Positions 33,143 to 43,189 of a stretch of 52,486 nt of DNA are shown in pieces. The notes beneath the pieces are model-generated. The model was not told the origin of the DNA. It saw only the letters and a program-made list of their open reading frames with translations, and made no database searches. Each line of letters begins with the position of its first letter. Position 1 is the first letter of the stretch. The DNA is from a virus (lineage: Duplodnaviria; Caudoviricetes): IMG/VR virus record IMGVR_UViG_3300037070_006243, positions 1 to 52,486 of that record. One strand, 5' to 3'. Position numbers and translations under genes: made by a program.

Positions 33143-35664
33143 TACCGTGCTAGTTCCCGTTCTATTTCTTCTAGTCTGCGAGTCACACGGTCCATCTTCT
33201 CTGCGAAGTCGGGCATGGATGGATCGAGGAGGGATTGTTCCTCAAGCAGCGCGCCGCGCCGACCTTCAAAGTTCTGGTTTTCGATTAGGATTTTCCCGTA
33301 GTCGTAGAACACCGGCTGAGTTATCGCCTTCATCTTTCCCGGATTGGAGACGAAGTCGTGGTAGTCTACTTCCCCATCCTCATCCACCGGGATGACCAGA
33401 TAAGGGATTGGTTTCCCCTGAGCGATTGCGAGTTCAGTTTCCGGGAACGGGGTGAGGATATACCGGTCAATCCCGAACTCCCTCCGCACAGTTCGATCCA
33501 TCGTAATACTGGCTTGGGTTGGGGTGAGGCGGACTGCTTCGGTTTCACCATCTCCATCCACGTCGTATTGGAAATTGGAAAGTGCGATCTCGGGCGGGAG
33601 CCACATCATCTGCTGCTGGCCGCCGGTGGAGGTTGCGCCCCAAGTCTCCCCAATCTTCTTCAGCGCGAGGTCTTTCGCACCCTCGGCGTTGAGCGTAGTC
33701 GCATAATAGCCGTCAAAGAGGGCTTGATATTGCTGCTGAAGGAGTGCACCAGCGCGACCACTCGGCGGACGAATGTCCCCGGAAAGGGGAAGCCATGAGT
33801 CAAAAGTGTTGGTTATATCCGCGGGGAGGAGGGCCTCCATATCCGCGTAGGACTTATCCGCCTTCTTGATCGCTTCCAGAGATTTCCTTCCCTCAACCGT
33901 AGAGGAAACATCCATAATCTCCTGAATCTGATCAGACGGAAGTCGCGTCGCCCGGAGCCAGTTATACCCCGACGCGCGCTGGACGAATTCATCCGGGAGG
34001 TTCATTGTCAGCGCCGGGTTTGTTCGGTTAAGCTCCGCGTAGATTTCCGCCGCGGTTCCCACCTCGTCGAGGTTCTGTGAGAACAGCATCCGCGTCATCT
34101 GGGTTTGCATTGCCTCGGGGATGAAGTTGATCGCCTGAGCGCGGGCAATGGAGGTGTCAATCGCCTCTTTATTCCCCTGCGCGATACCCTGAACGAGGGC
34201 GGGAGGCATCATCAGATTTCCCTCCGCGGCGGACAGAGGTTCCCCGGTGGACGCCTTCCGATACGCCTCCTGCGTTTTATATTGCGTTTCCAGCACGCGG
34301 TTGGAGATAGCCTGCCCGGCGTTCAAGTCGTTTTGGTTATACGCGACCTGTCCATTCTCCACCGCCTCGAGGTACATCGGACGGAACTCTTCCCCACCTT
34401 CCGCACGGGCGTTGAGTCTCTGAAGCGCAACCTCCTGCGCCTGGGTGGCGAGTTCAAGGCGCGTAGTTATAGTCTGCTGCGCATCTCGCTCGGCCTGACC
34501 CATGATCTGCTGGATTTGAGAATCGGCGGCGAGAGCCTGATCCAATCCCAATCCATACTGTGGGTCGAACGCCATATCGGGAGTGATACCGCCGATACTC
34601 GCGGTAATCTTATCCACGTAATTCTTCGTCTCATCTGGGAGAACGGCGCGGTTCCGTCCCGCGGCTTGATATTTATCTGCCATTCCTGGTCCGGCATTGT
34701 ACGCGACGAGCGCCAGTTCTACATCTCCGCCATACCGCTGAAGCTGCTCGTTGAGGTAAAACGTGCCGTACTTCACAGACACATCTGGGCGCCGGAGATA
34801 CGCCGGCCAATCCGCTGCATCCTCCGGGAAATTTCTGTCATGAATCTTTTGTGCGATATAATACCCTGTGGCAGGCATAACCTGCATGAGGCCTTGGGCG
34901 CCCTTAGACGACACCGCGTTTGGATTACCATCGCTCTCTTGCCGCATTACCGCGGGGACAAGTCGCTGCGTTACATCTGGAGAGTAAGGAACAGCATACA
35001 TATTCTCTCGCCCGGTGCGGAGCATCCCGCCGAACGCTGCGCCGTTGAGCGCGGACAACCCGCCATCCGCTTTCACCGCACGCTCATCCGGTCGGAGTCC
35101 TGGCGCAGCCCCGACCATCCCCGCGATCCGCGCCTCTACCTCCGCCTTCTTCGAAGGATCGCGATAGACCTCCAACCTTCCGTCTTCAATCGCCTTATCT
35201 ATCGTAGTGATCGAGTGTCCACGGGTCGCCGAACGCGTGAACTCATCCGCAGACAGGACCAGCGAATTTTTGAAATCCTCAGCTTGGGGGGCATAACGTT
35301 CCTGAAGCCAGGAGGGTATGCTCTTCTGAAATTCATCATACCCTTTCTGCCACGTAGTAGCCGCGAGCCCAGCGTAGCCCGAACCATCTGCGGGGAGACC
35401 CGTAGTGGCACCCGCAACGTTGCGACGAACAGCACCCTCAAATTGGTTATACTTGAGCATCGCATCGTAATTCTGCCGCTCCTCTTCCTCCTTCGTGCGG
35501 ATGGCGAGGTATGCGCCGCCAAGCTGCCCAACGTTGCCGAGGGCATTCGCGAGCGACCCAAGTCCGGACATATCCGCCTCGGGCATGACTCGGGGTTCAG
35601 CGATCTGTCGCCGGGAACCATATGCCTGCTGGCCGGAGGGAACGTCTTGTGCGCCGATCTTCAT
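33142..35664 (-). CDS. Internal virion protein with lytic transglycosylase (SLT) domain
   Basis: RQESDGNPNAVSSKGAQGLMQVMPATG...ALVAYNAGPG...ETKNYV. Confidence 0.9.
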   Translation of the reverse strand: MKIGAQDVPSGQQAYGSRRQIAEPRVMPEADMSGLGSLANALGNVGQLGGAYLAIRTKEEEERQNYDAMLKYNQFEGAVRRNVAGATTGLPADGSGYAGLAATTWQKGYDEFQKSIPSWLQERYAPQAEDFKNSLVLSADEFTRSATRGHSITTIDKAIEDGRLEVYRDPSKKAEVEARIAGMVGAAPGLRPDERAVKADGGLSALNGAAFGGMLRTGRENMYAVPYSPDVTQRLVPAVMRQESDGNPNAVSSKGAQGLMQVMPATGYYIAQKIHDRNFPEDAADWPAYLRRPDVSVKYGTFYLNEQLQRYGGDVELALVAYNAGPGMADKYQAAGRNRAVLPDETKNYVDKITASIGGITPDMAFDPQYGLGLDQALAADSQIQQIMGQAERDAQQTITTRLELATQAQEVALQRLNARAEGGEEFRPMYLEAVENGQVAYNQNDLNAGQAISNRVLETQYKTQEAYRKASTGEPLSAAEGNLMMPPALVQGIAQGNKEAIDTSIARAQAINFIPEAMQTQMTRMLFSQNLDEVGTAAEIYAELNRTNPALTMNLPDEFVQRASGYNWLRATRLPSDQIQEIMDVSSTVEGRKSLEAIKKADKSYADMEALLPADITNTFDSWLPLSGDIRPPSGRAGALLQQQYQALFDGYYATTLNAEGAKDLALKKIGETWGATSTGGQQQMMWLPPEIALSNFQYDVDGDGETEAVRLTPTQASITMDRTVRREFGIDRYILTPFPETELAIAQGKPIPYLVIPVDEDGEVDYHDFVSNPGKMKAITQPVFYDYGKILIENQNFEGRRGALLEEQSLLDPSMPDFAEKMDRVTRRLEEIERELAR

Positions 35665-36335
35665 CCGCGGAGTGCTCCATATTTACGCTTGAACCAACCG
35701 CCGAGGTTGGAGAGATCGTGCCGAACAGCTTGGCTTCGGGAACCGTCAAGGATGGCGTTACCTCCCCCAGCTATACCGCTAAGGAGGGACGAATATCCTG
35801 ACAACCGGGAAGCTGAAGCGGCGGACGCTGCGTTCGCTCGGGCCATAGTCGCGTCCGTGCGGGCTAGCTGCGCCCCGCTTCGGAGGTCCGCCGCTTCTTC
35901 CTTAAATCCCTGCGCTTGGGTCCGGAAATTCCCGGCGTCGATCTGCCCCGCCTCCGCAATCCGCATTCGGTCCCGATCGGCGAGGCGGTGGAGGGATGCG
36001 ACTACTGCGAGCGGGGTTCGCCCTGTTAGGCCTGTGCTTGCGGAGGCAGAGATGACATCATCTATCTGACTCCGTGCTTCTAGGTCCTGGTCCATCGCGC
36101 GCTGTTGACCCGCGAACCCCGCTCTTTTCGCATTCTCGAGTGCTGTGGCGGCATCCCGATCCGCCGCCTGTGCGTTATATTCCCCGAGCGTCGCCTGATT
36201 CTTCAGAATCCCGCTTTGGTATATCCCAGCTTGCTCGGCCGCTTTCCCTCCAGCGATCCCTTGCTGAAGTCCAATCAGACCAGAGCCGACGCTCATCGCG
36301 GCGCTCAGTCCCGTCAGGATCGTTGCGAAGGCCAT
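35661..36335 (-). CDS. Small internal virion protein (T7 gp14-like)
   Basis: Ala/Gly-rich with hydrophobic termini; position before the ejection proteins. Confidence 0.7.
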   Translation of the reverse strand: MAFATILTGLSAAMSVGSGLIGLQQGIAGGKAAEQAGIYQSGILKNQATLGEYNAQAADRDAATALENAKRAGFAGQQRAMDQDLEARSQIDDVISASASTGLTGRTPLAVVASLHRLADRDRMRIAEAGQIDAGNFRTQAQGFKEEAADLRSGAQLARTDATMARANAASAASASRLSGYSSLLSGIAGGGNAILDGSRSQAVRHDLSNLGGWFKRKYGALRG

Positions 36336-36657
36336 AGAAGTAGTGCTCCTCGTTATAGTCCCCGAGCCGCGTGAACCCGAAGAAATCAGCGAACCGCTGT
36401 GCGCGGAAATCTTGTTTATGCACTCCGGCGTAGATGAAGCGCCAGCCTTTCATCCCGTCGAGCCAGAGGCGGATTGCTCCGCGTAACTTCGGGGTTCGTA
36501 GATTCCGGCCCGGGATGAGCCAGACGAAAACTTCCCGTGTTAGTACTCCAGTTCGAGTCATTCCAAACCGGAAGATTTCTCCATCCTCGTCGGAGATGGA
36601 GTAGACTTTATCCGTCAGGGGGTATTTTTCCGCAAGCTCAAGCACCGACAGAGACAT
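36175..36657 (-). CDS. T7 gp13-like/GNAT-fold virion assembly protein
   Basis: VWLI...VHKQDFRAQRFADFFGF; canonical position after the nozzle gene; C-terminus overlaps the next gene by ~160 nt. Confidence 0.55.
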   Translation of the reverse strand: MSLSVLELAEKYPLTDKVYSISDEDGEIFRFGMTRTGVLTREVFVWLIPGRNLRTPKLRGAIRLWLDGMKGWRFIYAGVHKQDFRAQRFADFFGFTRLGDYNEEHYFYGLRNDPDGTERRDERRLWSDWTSARDRWRESGRASWDIPKRDSEESGDARGI

Positions 36658-39595
36658 CGTGGACCACCTGTAGAATTTCGAGGGGCAGGCCAACGGGAGC
36701 GGTGATGGTGACCTCTCCGTTAGGTTCCCAGCCAGAGGTCTGCGATACCCACCTCTCCCCCTTCTTAATCCCGGTCGGTTCGAACCACGCTTCATCCGTC
36801 CGCATCGCGGCAAGGTAGTCCCCGACGAGGAACGCACCCGCTCGGCGGAACTTTACCCGAACCGCGTTGGTTTTCATCCGCCGTCCCTCGATAACTTCCC
36901 GGGAATCGGTGAGGGGGAGAGTGGTGAGGTAGGCGGAATATCCAAATCCAACGTGGACGATGGCGGCGTCGAAATCGAGGGTTATCGCGCCGTTCGTCAC
37001 AACCTTTTGGTTCATAAGCTTTCCGTCGGCGATTACGTCAACGGTTGCTCCCTCCCAAGGGATGTTGCTGACAGTGCTGACGAGGGAGTTCATCCACCAT
37101 TCACCGCTAAGCGCGGGAGCGGGGAGGACCGACTCCGGGGCAAGCTTTGTGATCGGGCGGGTGAAATTGACCTCGACCTGAGTGGAACTGGAGCGGGAGG
37201 TTATTACACCTCGACCACCACCCAGGCCGAGTATCTTCCCCACATCCCCCGACGAGAAGAGTGAGGAACTGGCGGTGACGGTCTGTTCGCCGGAAGTGCC
37301 GCTCACCGTTATATTTGCCGCGGGGTAAACCTTGGCGGTGGAGACTGTCCCGTCGAGGTAGATGCAGTCCTCGATCTCTTGTGAGGGTTCGGGGAGCATC
37401 ATCTCAAACGACTTCATTGTGGTGCCGTTGACGACACGCTCTACTTGGAAGTAAATGTGCTCATCCTGCCCCGCAGAAAGTGAGGCTACGTCCCGGATTT
37501 TCCCTTGCATGGAGGTACGGCCGAAGGCGTATTGGTTCTGCTCGCGGGAGATGGTCGCGGAGAATGCGTATCCATCCTCCCACACCCCATATCCTCGTTT
37601 ATCCTGCGCGTAAGTGAAAGCAAGAGATGTGATTTCTCTTCCGTCAAACAGGTGGCGAGCAAGGATAGAAATCTCTCGTCCCTGATATTGGCGGGAGGTG
37701 CCTTCGACGAAGAGCATTTGGACGGAACGTTCTTTCGGTTGGACATAGACAATGTCCTCGTGAATGACCGCTGGGCGGAGCCGGGTGGAGCCGATGAAGC
37801 TTTGTGGGTCTACGAAACCGGAGAGGGGGGTGACGGTGTTACCCTCGCTCGCACGAAGCAGGGACACGCCGAGAGCGGTGAAGAGAAGAAGTCCGAACTT
37901 AACCGGAATCGCATGGAGGATCGGTGTTACTTCTTCCGCGTCGAGGGTGTAGGTGTAAGGATTGGCGGCGGTTACGAACTCGCTCTCATTAAAGGTGAAG
38001 TAGTTTGGCTGGGTTGCCCAAAGAGTCATGGGCTCATTCGTCGTACCAGCGTAGCCATAGCGTTGCTGGAAGCGGAAGGAGACGGAGGGATAAGTACCAG
38101 TTGCAGGGGTTAGAACTATGGCGAACGTAGCCGCACTCCCACCACTTGTGGTAACGGTAAGCTCGGGTGCAACATACCCCGATCCGGGATTGGCGATATA
38201 GACTCCAATAATCGCGCTATCTTGCACGATCGGGTAGCCAACAAACCCCGTCCCCGGCGATCCGGTGAGGGTTAGGGTATCCCCCGTCGCATACCCACTC
38301 CCCGCCGCAGTTACGCGGATACTCTCCACCGCTCCCGGCGCGAATGGATCGCGGTAGAATGTTGGGGTTCGAGTGAAATCGGGAGTGATGTTCGCGTCTT
38401 CGAACGACGTTCCGCGACTCGTACCGATAAACCCCATCGGCATACCGATGTGCATCTTCAGCCCCTCAGGGACTACGAGGGAGCGGTAGACGTTGTAGTA
38501 GAGCGCTTCGGTTACAGCGGTCCAGGAGTAGGTGGCGTGACCTTTGACCTGAGTGAAGTCGATGGAGTTGCGAATGATCGCGGGACGGGTGATGCCAGTC
38601 TCGCGTCCATCTGGCATAACCGCGGAGATAGCGACGATGAATCCCGCGTCGCGGTCGGAAATAACCGCTACAGCGGTAGCATCATCACCATCGGTGGCAG
38701 AAAACTCCACGGTTGGAGCGGAAGTATATCCGGTGCCGGGTTTGATTATCGTAACACCGGCGATAGCATCTCCATCCGCATCGTCGGCTTCGAGAACGAG
38801 GTGACCGACAAAACCACTTCCACCGCCGCCGGTGAGAGATACAGTGGATGATTCCCCATATCCATCTCCGTGATTGGTCATGCGGATGGCTTGGATGTAG
38901 GAGTTAGAGTCTTCGATAGTCGGGGTTTGTGCAAGCGGCGCGCCAAGGTTCCGAGTTTCCTCGGTAAACGTCCAGGTGGTGGAGGTGCGTGTGAGGAGAC
39001 GCGGGGTGTAGGAGGGATGAGTGAACTTAATCACGTCCAGGTACTGCGAATACCCCACCTCACGAAGCTGGGCGGAGGAATACGGCTGGACGAGGGTGAA
39101 GACTTTCCGCGCGTTCGTTGCGCCCGCAGTTGTAGTCTGCGTCGTGCCGAACATATTCTTATAGGTGAAAGTATCGTCCGTTTTTGTATGGACGTAGAAT
39201 AGATTCGGGGACGAGTCGAGGTAGAACAAATCTCCCGCGACATACCCGTGCGCAGTCGCGCTAACTGTCCCCGAAACGATCCCCGAAACTACTTTCGCAG
39301 AGTCGAGTACATACCCACCATCTTTAACCAATCGGAGATAGCCAGTTCCCATAACAACCAAATAGGAGGAGGCAAGGTCATTAGAGAAACGAAAAGGGAT
39401 GAAGCGGATTTCGTCGGCTGGAGTTTGGAGCCAGTCGCCGAACTGCGTTCCTTTACGCTTGAACGCACCTCCGCCAAAATTAATCTCCATATTATGAAGT
39501 GTCTTCGCCCCGAGGTCATACTGCTCGAGGTCGGAACGTCCCCAAAGTTCTTCGCCGAACTCGCCGGCGCTAAAGCTGTGCTGGATTGGGCGCAT
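36638..39595 (-). CDS. Tail tubular protein B (nozzle)
   Basis: QHSFSAGE...GRSDLEQY...GGAFKRKGT...YPSVSFRFQQR...VHVGFGY. Confidence 0.88.
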   Translation of the reverse strand: MRPIQHSFSAGEFGEELWGRSDLEQYDLGAKTLHNMEINFGGGAFKRKGTQFGDWLQTPADEIRFIPFRFSNDLASSYLVVMGTGYLRLVKDGGYVLDSAKVVSGIVSGTVSATAHGYVAGDLFYLDSSPNLFYVHTKTDDTFTYKNMFGTTQTTTAGATNARKVFTLVQPYSSAQLREVGYSQYLDVIKFTHPSYTPRLLTRTSTTWTFTEETRNLGAPLAQTPTIEDSNSYIQAIRMTNHGDGYGESSTVSLTGGGGSGFVGHLVLEADDADGDAIAGVTIIKPGTGYTSAPTVEFSATDGDDATAVAVISDRDAGFIVAISAVMPDGRETGITRPAIIRNSIDFTQVKGHATYSWTAVTEALYYNVYRSLVVPEGLKMHIGMPMGFIGTSRGTSFEDANITPDFTRTPTFYRDPFAPGAVESIRVTAAGSGYATGDTLTLTGSPGTGFVGYPIVQDSAIIGVYIANPGSGYVAPELTVTTSGGSAATFAIVLTPATGTYPSVSFRFQQRYGYAGTTNEPMTLWATQPNYFTFNESEFVTAANPYTYTLDAEEVTPILHAIPVKFGLLLFTALGVSLLRASEGNTVTPLSGFVDPQSFIGSTRLRPAVIHEDIVYVQPKERSVQMLFVEGTSRQYQGREISILARHLFDGREITSLAFTYAQDKRGYGVWEDGYAFSATISREQNQYAFGRTSMQGKIRDVASLSAGQDEHIYFQVERVVNGTTMKSFEMMLPEPSQEIEDCIYLDGTVSTAKVYPAANITVSGTSGEQTVTASSSLFSSGDVGKILGLGGGRGVITSRSSSTQVEVNFTRPITKLAPESVLPAPALSGEWWMNSLVSTVSNIPWEGATVDVIADGKLMNQKVVTNGAITLDFDAAIVHVGFGYSAYLTTLPLTDSREVIEGRRMKTNAVRVKFRRAGAFLVGDYLAAMRTDEAWFEPTGIKKGERWVSQTSGWEPNGEVTITAPVGLPLEILQVVHDVSVGA

Positions 39596-40253
39596 AGGAG
39601 ATCGGTGTTACCGGATAGATGAAGCGTTGGCCTTCGATGAGGGAGAATCCTCCATCTCTGGCGGCGATCCACGGCGGGACTACTTCGAGGATTTCGTCCT
39701 GGTCGATATTCGCGTAGAAAGTCATGGACTCGACGTAGTGCCGCTGCCACTTATCCATGCAGATGCGGTACGCGGATGGATCACCGGTGAGGGGGTAGCA
39801 GATTTCCATCGCCAAGGTGTAGGCGATGAGGGTGTAGAGGGCGTTGTCCCAGATATTCGGGTCGTCGACCTTCACCGTGTAGACGAGTATTGCGTCGGTC
39901 GAATGGGTCTGGATGGTCAGTTCCCCGTTCAGAAGCTCGAGGGAGAAGTTCTCATACGCGGAAAGAAACCGCGGACGAACCATTCCCTCCGGCACGGCGT
40001 AAGCCTTGGTCCAGTTCGGGGAGGGATCACCGTCAACCCACGCGTCCCCAAGGTCGCGTTCCGCGATAAGGGCTAGCCGCGCAGTCGTGCGGAGGTTCTG
40101 CCAGTTTGCCGCCGCGAAAACCTTATCCCGCGTCGGGATGTAGAAGAGGTTACACAACTCCGCCTCACGAGTCTGATCGTTGACGGAGTTGAGTTTGCCC
40201 CGGGAGCCAGAGGCCCCCAGAGCGATGTTGTAGAGTTCGAGGATCGAACTCAT
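39570..40253 (-). CDS. Tail tubular protein A (adaptor)
   Basis: ELYNIALG...EAELCNLFY...W...YAVP...LVYT...DDPNIWD...LAMEICYPLTG; ATG at 40253. Confidence 0.82.
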   Translation of the reverse strand: MSSILELYNIALGASGSRGKLNSVNDQTREAELCNLFYIPTRDKVFAAANWQNLRTTARLALIAERDLGDAWVDGDPSPNWTKAYAVPEGMVRPRFLSAYENFSLELLNGELTIQTHSTDAILVYTVKVDDPNIWDNALYTLIAYTLAMEICYPLTGDPSAYRICMDKWQRHYVESMTFYANIDQDEILEVVPPWIAARDGGFSLIEGQRFIYPVTPISYAPNPAQL

Positions 40254-40699
40254 CAGCTGTCCGCGTCCGCGTAAGCCTTCCAGCCGGCCGGATCGGGCGA
40301 CAGGAACGAATCGATGACGAGGGCAGTCGTGGTAGCATCCGCGGTGATGACGAGGGTTCCGAGGAACTTCTCGTAAACATTCCCCTCGGTCGGGAGCGGG
40401 AAGACCCACCGCCGGCCTTTGGTGAACGCGGTATAGGCGAGGATTCCGGTCTGGGCGTGAACCGTTGCGGAACCGTCGGTAGCGACCGCGGCGGTAGCAT
40501 CGGAGGCGAGGACCACGTTGATAGTGGCCGAGCCGACCGAAGCCGCGGCGGTAACAACGACGAGATGCCAGTAGATGGGCTGACCGTTGCCGATGTCTCG
40601 GGCAACCGACAGGTCGATCTGGCTTCCTTCGAGACGGGTCGCAGCAGTGCCGCTAGCCGCCTCGTCGTTGCACATCTGGGTGAGGGCGTCAATGATCAT
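40253..40699 (-). CDS. Capsid cement/decoration protein (BPP-1 Bbp16-like)
   Basis: MIIDALT...IDL..ARDIGNGQP; directly after the capsid gene. Confidence 0.78.
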   Translation of the reverse strand: MIIDALTQMCNDEAASGTAATRLEGSQIDLSVARDIGNGQPIYWHLVVVTAAASVGSATINVVLASDATAAVATDGSATVHAQTGILAYTAFTKGRRWVFPLPTEGNVYEKFLGTLVITADATTTALVIDSFLSPDPAGWKAYADADS

Positions 40700-40711
40700 T
40701 AGGTCGTCTCC

Positions 40712-41716
40712 TTACTCGACCAGAGTCTCGTCGGCGGCAAGAACGTCGACACGGTTGATCGGAATACCGTCATGGACGAACTTCCGACGCGGGGTGATGC
40801 CACCGACATTCTCCATCGTGAGGGTCGAGGTCTTGGTGAGCAGCGCCTTCTGGGTGCGGTACTTCTCGGCGACAGTGCGGTTCATGTAGAACGCGAGGCG
40901 GGTGGTGGAGAAGGCGTCCGACGGAAGCAGCGACTCCATGTAGGACAGCTGCATGGGGAGGTTCACGCCGCTGGACGCATCCGCGACAAGTTCCGACTCA
41001 TCCACCTGCATACGAACCACGTAACGCCAATCCGGCATCGCGAGGCCCATATCCCACCGCCAATAAGTGCGGTAGACCTTGTAGTAGCCGCCGTTGGCGT
41101 CGGCCTTGATGTCCTCGCCCCAGTCTTCTTCCTTGAGCCCGATGTTCGAGCCGCGGGGGACGATGCCGAACACGCTCTTCGGCGACCAACCGATCAGCCA
41201 CACGGAGGTGACGTCGGTATCTTCACCGATGGAGTTGGTGATGATGTTCTGGCCGTTGGCGGCGGAGAGGGAGTTGAAACGCTCCTCCAGTCCGACGATC
41301 TGGTCCGTATCCGACGAGACGCCCTTGAAGATGGCCTCCGCCGCATACTGTCCCATGATTTCGATATGCGGGCGATCTTCCGCCGCACGGAACTCCATGG
41401 GATTCGGGGCCAGCTGGACAAGGCGCTTGTCGACTTCGCTCAGCGACTCCAAAAAGCCGCAGTTGTCAGTAACCTGCACCTTGGTGCCCTTCGAGGGCTG
41501 GACACCCTGATAGAGCTTGCCCCAGGTTGCGGCGGGGAGACCCGTGCGCACACTGTGGCGGTGACCGGTGAGGAGGTTTCCCTCCTGCCAGACAATTTCG
41601 TCCAGGATTTCGTTGGTCTCGTTCAGAATCTCGGCGACCGGCATGATGTTGCCGTCCGGACCGAGATGCTTTGCGAGATCGATGAAGGTAGGATTCGTTG
41701 CGGTGAGAGCGGCCAT
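40712..41716 (-). CDS. Major capsid protein (BPP-1/epsilon15 type)
   Basis: EILNETNEIL..I.W.EGN..TGH...RTGLP...DWRYVVR...GIPINRVD...E. Confidence 0.92.
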   Translation of the reverse strand: MAALTATNPTFIDLAKHLGPDGNIMPVAEILNETNEILDEIVWQEGNLLTGHRHSVRTGLPAATWGKLYQGVQPSKGTKVQVTDNCGFLESLSEVDKRLVQLAPNPMEFRAAEDRPHIEIMGQYAAEAIFKGVSSDTDQIVGLEERFNSLSAANGQNIITNSIGEDTDVTSVWLIGWSPKSVFGIVPRGSNIGLKEEDWGEDIKADANGGYYKVYRTYWRWDMGLAMPDWRYVVRMQVDESELVADASSGVNLPMQLSYMESLLPSDAFSTTRLAFYMNRTVAEKYRTQKALLTKTSTLTMENVGGITPRRKFVHDGIPINRVDVLAADETLVE

Positions 41717-41722
41717 GAGCCG

Positions 41723-42352
41723 TTACTCCTTAGTTACCATTGAGGGATAGCGCGCGGCCAACCCCGTCGGTGCGACTGCCGTACCGCCTGGAACCACTGG
41801 CTTTGCCTCGCCCACCGCTGACGCCACCTTCTCGAGGAAGGAAAACACCGCAGGGTGGGAGTGGCCGCCCGTGATCGCCAGGAACTCCCGGAAATCATCG
41901 CCGCCGTACGTGTCGATCACGCCTTCCAGCTTTGTCACGGTTGCGTCGAGCTTGTCACCGTAGTGCTCGGTGATTTGCTTCACGTTATCCGCGATAAGCT
42001 GGTTCCACGCCGTATCTCGCTGCGTTCCCTGTCCATCGACAGCCGTCTGCACGCTCTTGACGTAGCGATCCAAGAGCGCGGTCATAGCCTGCTCTGGAAC
42101 TTTGTAGTCCGACGCGATTTTGGCAAGGAAGCTCTTGTCATCGTCGGAAAATGAGAGACCCTCGGCCTCGGGAAACTTAAACGTTTCCGGGTCGAACGGT
42201 GTCGGTTCTGCCGGAGCTTCGGGCGCCGTACGGAGGAGGGGTTTGGGTTCACCCGTGGCGTCGATCGGATCGGCGGGAGGAGTTGCCAGCGCCGGATCGG
42301 GATCGGTCGGGGGAACTGCGGGATCGGCCGGGGGAGTCGCGTCGTCGGTCAC
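41723..42352 (-). CDS. Capsid scaffolding protein
   Basis: Pro/Asp-rich N-terminus, TGGHSHPAVFSFL, C-terminal ARYPSM; precedes capsid. Confidence 0.75.
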   Translation of the reverse strand: MTDDATPPADPAVPPTDPDPALATPPADPIDATGEPKPLLRTAPEAPAEPTPFDPETFKFPEAEGLSFSDDDKSFLAKIASDYKVPEQAMTALLDRYVKSVQTAVDGQGTQRDTAWNQLIADNVKQITEHYGDKLDATVTKLEGVIDTYGGDDFREFLAITGGHSHPAVFSFLEKVASAVGEAKPVVPGGTAVAPTGLAARYPSMVTKE

Positions 42353-42735
42353 GAATCGTATTCCTTGATGCTGTTAAGTTCTTCTTGACGGAAGTGTTCG
42401 ATCTCTGCGTTTTCTTCCATCAACCTGGTGAGGCCTTTTGGGGCGGCGATCGTTAACTCAGAAAGGATTGCGTTCCCCACATTCTGTTCCCCGCATCCGA
42501 ACGCGGTGACGTAGGGGTCGGGAGAGAAGGGTTGGTTGTTGAGGGCTTTTCCGATTTGAAACAGCCACCATAGGAACCTCCGCCCGTGCTCGTGTTCGGT
42601 GAGCGCGGACAGCGCCAATCGGCGAGCTTCGGCGTCATCCCTCTTGAATTTGTTTTCTAGCTCGGATCGGGTCATGGGAGGATCATGCTTGTTTTCAGGG
42701 GGAACGGGGAGTGTGTGTAGGGGTGTATCATGCAT
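42349..42735 (-). CDS. BPP-1 Bbp19-like protein (true start may be downstream)
   Basis: HGRRFLWWL...F...TAFGCGEQNVG; between portal and scaffold. Confidence 0.7.
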   Translation of the reverse strand: MHDTPLHTLPVPPENKHDPPMTRSELENKFKRDDAEARRLALSALTEHEHGRRFLWWLFQIGKALNNQPFSPDPYVTAFGCGEQNVGNAILSELTIAAPKGLTRLMEENAEIEHFRQEELNSIKEYDS

Positions 42736-42745
42736 CTATACACAT

Positions 42746-43189
42746 CTATTTTCCATACCGCTCTCTTATCGCCCGCTCCACGATGTCGAAAGACTTGTTC
42801 TGCTCTATAGCGCGAGTTACCATTTCTGGGGTTAGCTTTTCCGCGAACTTCTTATCGATCATTTTAAGCGACGAATCGCGGCCACGTTTTTCAATGTTGG
42901 TGGACTTACGTGTTGGGGATTCATCAAGCTGTTTTTGAATCTCTGGTGTGAGGCGGAACTTTGGTAGCGCGCGGAACATTGCTGTTAAGCGTTTTTGCCC
43001 TTGTTTTCCATGCTGTTCGCGCATGGCTTGAAGGTTTACAAACTTCTTCTTCTGCTCTGGATCCACGGGTAATAGTTTTTTGGTCTCGGGATCGCGAACA
43101 TAAGTTCCAGCTTTTCCACCGTATACATCCTTAAACAGCGCTCCGATTCGCGCTTTCATTAACTCATGGGGAGTAGATCCGCGAGGCAT
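42746..43189 (-). CDS. Basic hypothetical protein
   Basis: 147 aa from ATG overlapping the portal stop; Lys/Arg-rich. Confidence 0.65.
   Translation of the reverse strand: MPRGSTPHELMKARIGALFKDVYGGKAGTYVRDPETKKLLPVDPEQKKKFVNLQAMREQHGKQGQKRLTAMFRALPKFRLTPEIQKQLDESPTRKSTNIEKRGRDSSLKMIDKKFAEKLTPEMVTRAIEQNKSFDIVERAIRERYGK

Noticed and set aside
34105-36069. 654-aa + strand ORF
   Set aside because: Antisense shadow of the internal virion genes; no motifs, Arg/Leu-rich composition expected from GC-biased codons
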